Positions 52,101 through 56,908 of a stretch of 56,908 nucleotides of DNA are shown piece after piece. Position 1 is the first letter of the stretch, and every line of letters begins with the position of its first letter. Below the pieces are notes generated by a model. That model ran no database searches. It was not told where the DNA came from and saw nothing but the letters and a program-made list of their open reading frames with translations. Origin of the DNA: Bacillota bacterium (GTDB taxonomy: Bacteria; Bacillota; Clostridia; Caldicoprobacterales; DTU083); contig JAKORJ010000193.1 in NCBI GenBank assembly GCA_029777885.1, forward strand, positions 1 through 56,908, read 5' to 3'. A program made the translations under genes and the position numbers.

Positions 52101-52326
52101 CGAGACTGTGAAAAAGGCGGAAGAAAGCGATTGTATCATCATCCGGGCATATGAAGCCCACAATATGAAAACGACTGCACGGTTTACGTGCAGCCTGGGC
52201 GGGTTCAATGCCTATGAGTGCGATCTCATGGAAAATGAGCTGACTGAGCTGCCCGTGTCCCATGGACAGTTTGAATGCCTGGTCAAGCCCTTTGAGATAA
52301 AAACATTCAAGATAGCGCTTAAGTAG
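49177..52326 (+). CDS. Glycoside hydrolase family 38 alpha-mannosidase
   Basis: RBS AAGGAGGAG. Signature GHTHLDIAWLW, QPQVYKF, GESFVRQ and NQFHDILPGS. The size (1049 aa) is typical of cytoplasmic bacterial GH38 enzymes. Confidence 0.9.
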   Translation: MYLHEQRITRMLEELGKYIYKDRLELDGCRFCETRLTDRDEALSLADGWRPFGRYERWGGVDKTGWFSFDITIPESYDGEYTEVHIRSGRQGEWYPGGPQYLVFVDGKPEHHMDLWHEKFLLTEKARGGQTYRIDVQAFSGVKEILTGFEIDLYTVDKPVEALYFDIKTVFDSILLLDEGDKDRIDAVNALIETINLIDLRKPRSELFYASLEKARRYADEHLYGPDKALKGITAYCPGHTHLDIAWLWTIEDSKKKAVRTFVHNLELMDRYPEYVFICSQPQVYKFVKETYPEIYERVKQRVREGRWQPEGAMWVEPDCNLPSGESFVRQLLLGKRFFKREFGIDSQILWLPDVFGFSGALPQILKKSGVDYFMTTKLSWNEYNVFPYDLFRWQGIDGSEILSYFTCHHAAYLGSKAVNEVWKDFKQKSISSDVLVPFGWGDAGGGPTDDMLEAGLRLQKGVPGSPAVKLAGIKEFTRALDRAAKQAGEKLPVWVGELYFELHRGTYTSMAKSKRFNRKSELLYQDCELINALAGKLAGTPYPNRELNEAWETIALNQFHDILPGSSVEDVYKTSFMEYSRLLDEGRGMLDKAALTIVDNIDTPAESVVVFNQLGRKRSDIVEIKLPEGYDDIAVYDGEREVPVQDIGEGKALIFAENVPSKGYKTFTLQRRCNTPASQKCSGEKGRSFSDARPGSCLEVSPGGISNRFFDILLDEDGTFKSIYDKLNGREVLKAGERGNVLQVFEDLPQRWNDAWDINIYYNEKKWEVTDLESIEVVERGPIRAVLRIKRRFLDSVLVQDICVYEDIPRIDFKTVVDWKEKHLLLKALFPVDVHAIYGTYDIQFGSIQRPNHWNTSWDYARFEVCAHKWADLSEGGYGVSLLNDCKYGYDIKGGNMRITLIKSADYPNINADRDVHEFIYSLYPHRGGWHEGGTVDMAYRLNCPMYAYTTGRHEGRLPGEFSLLSVDKGNVIIETVKKAEESDCIIIRAYEAHNMKTTARFTCSLGGFNAYECDLMENELTELPVSHGQFECLVKPFEIKTFKIALK

Positions 52327-52342
52327 GATGCGGCTAAAACTT

Positions 52343-52370
52343 AAGTCCGGGCAGAACAGCACCCGGACTT
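52343..52370. terminator. Hairpin shared by convergent genes
   Basis: AAGTCCGGG (52343-52351) pairs with CCCGGACTT (52362-52370). Confidence 0.55.
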
Positions 52371-52663
52371 TATTCTACGAAGTTTACCTTGTTTTTTGCT
52401 GCGAAGGATCTGAGCACATCCTTTATCCATGCAAAATCGTCCCCGATGACCCCTTTTTGGATAATAAAGGGTTCCGGTTCATCGTTGACATGGATCTCGA
52501 TGCAGTCGACCTGCTTCGTGAAAAACAGGAACTTTTTAGTGGCCTTGGTATTTTGTATGGATTTGATTTTGTTTGCCGGGAACCTCCTCCAATGCTTGTC
52601 ACCGAAGTTGAGTGACAGTTCCCCCATGTCAGCATTGAACTGTTTTACATACTGTAAAGCCAT
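52370..52663 (-). CDS. Hypothetical 97-aa protein
   Basis: RBS AAAGGGGATGG lies 7 nt upstream of the minus-strand ATG at 52663. Three other overlapping ORFs in this stretch lack an RBS. Confidence 0.4.
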   Translation of the reverse strand: MALQYVKQFNADMGELSLNFGDKHWRRFPANKIKSIQNTKATKKFLFFTKQVDCIEIHVNDEPEPFIIQKGVIGDDFAWIKDVLRSFAAKNKVNFVE

Positions 52664-52914
52664 TCTACCATCCCCTTTTTAAATAGTTCCCGCTTGAGAA
52701 TGATGCTTTATTGTATGTCGGGCTCGATGGGCTATAAAATGAAGCTGCGGGGTTGCATGTATATTATATCATAACATGTACAAATTAGGAACACCAGATA
52801 TCACATTCCATAAGTAGATTTATATATGATAATAAAACAAAACATAACAAATATTTTAGCTTTCCGGTATTACTCTACATCATTTTACTTCTTGAGAGAG
52901 GGGAGGGATCTTCC

Positions 52915-54207
52915 GTGAAACTGATCATTAACAGCGTCGATATCCTGGCCATGGACGAGGCCGGGCACTTTTACCGGGACGGAACCATCGTGGTCAACGG
53001 TGATACGATAGAGTATGCCGGGCCCAAAAAAGGCTGTGAAGAGGAGCACACTGGGGCAAAGCGGATAGATGGGCGAGGGATGTTGGCCATGCCGGGCTTT
53101 ATCAACACCCATACCCATGTAGCGATGACCGTATTCAGAGGCTATGCCAACGACATGGCCCTTTGGGACTGGCTGACTGGGAAGATCTGGCCCGCGGAAG
53201 AGCTTCTTACAGGCGAGGATGCCTACTGGGCGACCCTGCTTGGCGCGGCGGAAATGATACAGGCCGGCATCACGACATTTGCCGACATGTATATGTTTAT
53301 GACCCATACTGCCAGGGCGGTAGAGGACTGCGGCATCAGGGCGGTCCTTGCACGGGGACTTTCAGGCCCGGATAAGGCCACCGATGAGCGGCACAGGGAG
53401 GTGGAGGAGCTCTTCTCCTTGCGCACCCGGGCCGAAGGCAGGATCACTACTATGATAGCCCCCCACAGCGTTTATACCTGTAGCCCGGACTACCTGAAGG
53501 TATGCAGGGAGTTGGCCGAAAAGCACGGCGTGGGCATCCATATACACCTGTCAGAAACTGAAAGGGAGGTCAGAGACTGCATCAGGGAGCATGGCTGCAC
53601 ACCGGTCAGGCTCCTTAAAAGGCTCGGGCTCTTTGACCTGCCCGTCCTTGCTGCCCATTGTGTGCACCTTACCGACGAGGATATCGATATCCTGGCGGAA
53701 AGTGATGCCAGGGTCTCCCACAACCCCTCCAGCAATATGAAGCTGTCTAGCGGCTTTGCGCCCGTGGCAGGACTGATGAGAAAGGGGATCTGCGTAGCCC
53801 TGGGGACTGACGGGGCAGCGAGCAACAATAACCTGAGCGTCTGGAAGGAAATGACCCTGGCCACGCTTATAGCCAAGGGGCGGACCGGGGACCCGGCAGC
53901 CTTGCCTGCTAGAGCGGCGCTTAGAATGGCAACCGTCATGGGTGCCAAAGCCCTTTCGCTCAACGGGGTGACGGGCAGCCTGGAAAAGGGCAAAAAGGCC
54001 GACATCATATTGGTCGATACAAGCAAGCCCCACTATTTCCCAAGGGGCGATGTAGAGGTCGACCTCGTATACAGCGGATATCCCCAGGATGTGGACACTG
54101 TCATCGTCAACGGCAAGATCCTTATGACAGGCAGGGAGCTGACCACTATTGACCTGGACAAGGTGTACCACGAGGTCCAGAAAACCGCTGACAGGATACT
54201 GGGGTGA
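52915..54207 (+). CDS. mtaD: Amidohydrolase, 5-methylthioadenosine/S-adenosylhomocysteine deaminase-like
   Basis: GTG start follows GAGGGGAGGG. Motifs FINTHTHVAMTVFRGYANDMALWDWL, HLSET, HCVH and GTDGAASNN. Confidence 0.8.
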   Translation: MKLIINSVDILAMDEAGHFYRDGTIVVNGDTIEYAGPKKGCEEEHTGAKRIDGRGMLAMPGFINTHTHVAMTVFRGYANDMALWDWLTGKIWPAEELLTGEDAYWATLLGAAEMIQAGITTFADMYMFMTHTARAVEDCGIRAVLARGLSGPDKATDERHREVEELFSLRTRAEGRITTMIAPHSVYTCSPDYLKVCRELAEKHGVGIHIHLSETEREVRDCIREHGCTPVRLLKRLGLFDLPVLAAHCVHLTDEDIDILAESDARVSHNPSSNMKLSSGFAPVAGLMRKGICVALGTDGAASNNNLSVWKEMTLATLIAKGRTGDPAALPARAALRMATVMGAKALSLNGVTGSLEKGKKADIILVDTSKPHYFPRGDVEVDLVYSGYPQDVDTVIVNGKILMTGRELTTIDLDKVYHEVQKTADRILG

Positions 54208-54408
54208 TCATGGATATTAATACCTAGGGAACTATAAATTATCAACGATATGTTTATGCTGAGCATATGAAACAGTAATATGAACTATATTAAGCGGTTA
54301 TTAATAGTTATATAAATGTTTTGTAAAACTTTCTTAATAATAAATGGTTATAATAGAGCATAAGATAAAGCACCTGGCAAAACCACACGGAAAGCGGGGG
54401 AAGCAGTA

Positions 54409-54531
54409 GTGAGAAGGATCGCCGGTTCGGAAATAGGACGCGGATTGACAGCAGCTCTGATTTCTGTTGGCGTGACTTTAGCATTCATTATTCCCGTTTT
54501 GCTTATGGAGCTGCTTCAAAACCTCGTATAA
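54409..54531 (+). CDS. Possible 40-aa hydrophobic peptide (not in the ORF track)
   Basis: GTG at 54409 follows AGCGGGGGAAG. The translation is VRRIAGSEIGRGLTAALISVGVTLAFIIPVLLMELLQNLV. A strong hairpin follows 6 nt downstream. Confidence 0.25.
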   Translation: MRRIAGSEIGRGLTAALISVGVTLAFIIPVLLMELLQNLV

Positions 54532-54536
54532 AATAC

Positions 54537-54571
54537 ATAAGCCGTATCCGGATAAAGAGGATACGGCTTAT
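54537..54571. terminator. Bidirectional hairpin terminator
   Basis: Perfect 13-bp stem, ATAAGCCGTATCC (54537-54549) with GGATACGGCTTAT (54559-54571). Confidence 0.7.
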
Positions 54572-54587
54572 AAACTGCTTTCACATC

Positions 54588-55091
54588 CTATTTGGTGAAC
54601 ACATGGTTGCCGATAACAGTCACTGCTCCTGTTTTCATCCTTTTGAGCATCCACCTCGAGGTTGCCGTTTTAGGGTTCAGGTAGAAGAGGCATCCTGAGG
54701 TCGGATCGTTCCCCAATATAGCATCGTAGGCTGCATAGTAGCATTCCGGGCCGGGCTCCAGTTTGATCTGGCCGTCGCTTACGCAGGTGAAGGCTCCCGG
54801 CTGATATACAACCTCTTCCAAGGTATTGGGGAACTGGGGCGAATTCATGCGGTTTATGACGACAGCCGCGACAGCCACTTTTCCTTCATAGGACTCTCCT
54901 CTTGCTTCACCGTTTATGACTGCGGCCAGCAATCGGATGTCCTGTGCCCTTCAATGGGTTTTGCTGCTGATCTCGTTGACCAGCTTATCAACAGGAGTCA
55001 AATCATTGACGTCTGATTCGGCGCTTACTGAAAAAGGCGCTGCACAGCAAAGTAAAATAAGGCATACTGCTGTGATCCTTTTCAAAGCCAT
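54588..55091 (-). pseudogene. SleB-type cell-wall hydrolase gene interrupted by an in-frame TGA (54953-54951)
   Basis: The upstream part (ATG 55091 or TTG 55085, RBS GAGGAGG) encodes the signal peptide M(AL)KRITAVCLILLCCAAPFSVSAES...ISSKTH, then TGA. The same frame continues RAQDIRLLAAVINGEARGESYEGKVAVAAVVINRM, the Hydrolase_2/SleB catalytic-domain signature, to the stop at 54588. Confidence 0.6.
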
Positions 55092-55145
55092 CCCTCCTCA
55101 TTTTTATGTTGCTTATTTCGTTTTTTTTTATGCAGCCAATTTATT

Positions 55146-56528
55146 TCATTCGATGATCGCGTCGGCTACCCTGAAGATATCGCCGGCTCCCATGGTCATG
55201 ACCAGATCGCCTGCTTGCGCGTTGTCCTTCAAATAGCCTGCGATACCGTCAAAGCCGTCTATGTATACGCAATCCATTCCCTTGCGCCGTATCGTATCAG
55301 CCAGGTCCTTGGAATGGATCCCTTCCGTGTTGGTCTCCCTGGCCGCATAGATATCGGCCAGCACCAGGTGGTCGATGCCCCAAAAGGCTTCAGTGAACTC
55401 ATTGAAGAGCTTCTTGGTCCGGGTATAGGTATGGGGCTGGAATACGCACCAGATTTGTTTATGGGGGTAGTTTAAGGCGGCTTTTATTGTAGCCTTTATT
55501 TCAGTGGGATGGTGGGCATAGTCATCGATCACGACGGCGCCCTTCTCCGTCCTACCCTTGACTTCAAATCTCCTGTGGGTACCCTTGAAATCGAGCAGGC
55601 TCCCCACTATGGTATCGTCAGGTACACCTATGGTAGAAGCCGCCGCTGCCGCCGCCAGTGCATTCAAGATATTGTGCCTTCCCGGGATTTTCAGCATGCA
55701 TTTGCCTATGCTCAAGCCATGCCTTATCATATCGAAGGAAGCGCAGCCCATCTCATCGTACCCGATATCCCAGGCATTCCAGTCTGCGCCGGGCTCCAGC
55801 CCGAAGCTTACCGTCCGGCACCTGACTTCACCCATGATCCTTTTGACCCTGGGATCGTCATTGCAGCCTATGAGGTATCCCGTTTCCGGCACAAGCCTGG
55901 CATATTCGAGAAAAGTCTCGTATACATGCTCGATATCTTTGAAATAATCGACATGGTCCATGTCTATGTTCAATATCACAGCCATGTAAGGGCGGGATTT
56001 CAGGAAACTGCCCACATATTCGCAGGCCTCGGTGACAAAATACGGGCTCCGGCCGATGCGGACATTGCCGCCTATGGCATCCAGTTCACCGCCGACCAGT
56101 ATAGTGGGGTCGAGCCCGGCCTTGTCCAGTATGATCGAGAGCATGGAGGTGGTAGTGGTTTTTCCGTGGGTGCCTGCTATGCCGACGGAGTACTTATAAG
56201 ACTCCATTATCTGGCCAAGGAGCGATGCGCGGTCTATGGTCGGTATGCCTTGCCTTTTTGTCTCGATCAGCTCGGGATTGTCCTCTTTGACTGCTGCCGT
56301 GTAGACGACCAGGTCTGCATCCTTTACATTTTCTGCGCTGTGACCTATGTATACCTTTATGTCATTTTGCCTGAGCCGTTCTGTTATCGATGTATGCTTC
56401 AGATCTGAGCCGGACACGGTAAAGCCCTTCATTTTCAGTATCTCGGCCAGCCCGCTCATACTTATGCCGCCGATACCTATGAGGTGGACATGCCTGCCGG
56501 CAAAGCTATTGATATGCATATTGCTCAA
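55146..56528 (-). CDS. murC: UDP-N-acetylmuramate--L-alanine ligase
   Basis: Motifs HLIGIGGISMSGLAEIL and GIAGTHGKTTTTSM, plus a Mur ligase C-terminal domain. Confidence 0.95.
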   Translation of the reverse strand: MSNMHINSFAGRHVHLIGIGGISMSGLAEILKMKGFTVSGSDLKHTSITERLRQNDIKVYIGHSAENVKDADLVVYTAAVKEDNPELIETKRQGIPTIDRASLLGQIMESYKYSVGIAGTHGKTTTTSMLSIILDKAGLDPTILVGGELDAIGGNVRIGRSPYFVTEACEYVGSFLKSRPYMAVILNIDMDHVDYFKDIEHVYETFLEYARLVPETGYLIGCNDDPRVKRIMGEVRCRTVSFGLEPGADWNAWDIGYDEMGCASFDMIRHGLSIGKCMLKIPGRHNILNALAAAAAASTIGVPDDTIVGSLLDFKGTHRRFEVKGRTEKGAVVIDDYAHHPTEIKATIKAALNYPHKQIWCVFQPHTYTRTKKLFNEFTEAFWGIDHLVLADIYAARETNTEGIHSKDLADTIRRKGMDCVYIDGFDGIAGYLKDNAQAGDLVMTMGAGDIFRVADAIIE

Positions 56529-56622
56529 AAACGCTCACCCCTGCCGGAAAATAACCGTGAAACGCTCTCCATAATACTAATTATATCCAGCAGGCATTGA
56601 ATTTATTATTACAAATTTACAG

Positions 56623-56651
56623 TTGACATTGTCAAAACCATGTCCTATAAT
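56623..56651 (+). promoter_or_regulatory. Consensus sigma-A promoter for tRNA-Tyr
   Basis: TTGACA (56623-56628), a 17-nt spacer, then TATAAT (56646-56651), about 30 nt upstream of the tRNA 5' end. Confidence 0.75.
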
Positions 56652-56680
56652 AGTTAACTGTCAGCACAAATTAAATATCT

Positions 56681-56765
56681 GGAGGAGTACCCAAGTGGCC
56701 AAAGGGGGCAGACTGTAAATCTGTTAGCTCAGCTTTCGATGGTTCAAATCCATCCTCCTCCACCA
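56681..56765 (+). tRNA. tRNA-Tyr (anticodon GTA), long variable arm, encoded CCA
   Basis: Acceptor stem GGAGGAG pairs with CTCCTCC. The anticodon loop is CTGTAAA and the T-arm is GATGG-TTCAAAT-CCATC. The discriminator base is A, followed by an encoded CCA. Confidence 0.9.
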
Positions 56766-56768
56766 AGG

Positions 56769-56808
56769 ACCGCAATATGAGGGATAGTCCCGGTGTTGCG
56801 GTTTTTTT
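56769..56808 (+). terminator. Rho-independent terminator after the tRNA
   Basis: ACCGCAA pairs with TTGCGGT and is followed by TTTTTTTG. Confidence 0.7.
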
Positions 56809-56908
56809 GTTTTCTTTATCTGCCATCTTAAGAAAATCTTAAACAATTTGCTCATTGGTTTTTAAAATAAATTAATGCATAGTGGTAATGGACAATGAAC
56901 GGAAGTAT

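Noticed and set aside
55509-56408. 299-aa plus-strand ORF
   Set aside because: It is antisense to murC, which is clearly real, and it has no recognisable motifs or RBS.
1-56908. CRISPR arrays, rRNA, prophage or toxin-antitoxin modules
   Set aside because: I scanned the intergenic regions and found only hairpin terminators and one 13-bp tandem duplication. There are no regularly spaced repeats, no cas-like genes and no phage structural genes.
56809-56908. AT-rich sequence with a duplicated ATCTTAA downstream of tRNA-Tyr, considered as an integration (att) site
   Set aside because: The window ends here. No integrase or direct repeat of the tRNA 3' end is visible, so the idea cannot be supported.

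Overview
This 56.9-kb window reads like chromosome from a spore-forming Gram-positive Firmicute, probably Clostridia-like. Supporting signs are GGAGG-type ribosome-binding sites, many lipobox lipoproteins, a cell-wall sorting signal, SleB-like and YjcZ-like sporulation genes, and rubrerythrin and hemerythrin genes. Layout: (i) 1-159 is the window-truncated 5' end of an ISL3 transposase, followed by an AT-rich spacer. (ii) About 650-23,940 is one ~23-kb same-strand, tightly packed carbohydrate-utilisation locus. It encodes Gfo/Idh/MocA oxidoreductases, an AraC regulator, a sortase-anchored protein built from three CBM-like modules, and a beta-helix+CBM protein. It also encodes a DUF4434-like/FN3/discoidin-like protein, two solute-binding proteins (one ~945 aa with extra N-terminal beta-sandwich modules) and two permease pairs. 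The remaining genes are an NHL-propeller/Yip1 membrane protein, a DUF5696-like lipoprotein, and a terminal oxidoreductase plus sugar-phosphate-isomerase-like TIM barrel. I saw no ATPase and no classical GH signature in this locus, and it is my best candidate for an undescribed glycan-processing system. (iii) 24-35.5 kb is mostly housekeeping and stress genes: a rhomboid-like protein, an alpha-oxoamine synthase, trxB, glmM, a sirtuin, a GH2 enzyme, rubrerythrin, hemerythrin, a family-6 UDG and an HD hydrolase. (iv) 35.5-39.8 kb holds two tandem paralogous lipoprotein alpha/beta-hydrolases and a glucoamylase-like protein. (v) 40.9-43.9 kb holds an orphan solute-binding lipoprotein and a membrane-spanning Cache-like/LuxR-HTH regulator. 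(vi) 44.2-49 kb is a run of small membrane proteins and lipoproteins, including three consecutive zinc-ribbon proteins. (vii) The right end carries a GH38 alpha-mannosidase, an MtaD-like deaminase, a SleB-like gene interrupted by an in-frame TGA, murC, and tRNA-Tyr with a consensus promoter. I saw no CRISPR array, rRNA or obvious defence genes. All family assignments come from motif recognition by eye and need HMM/BLAST confirmation.
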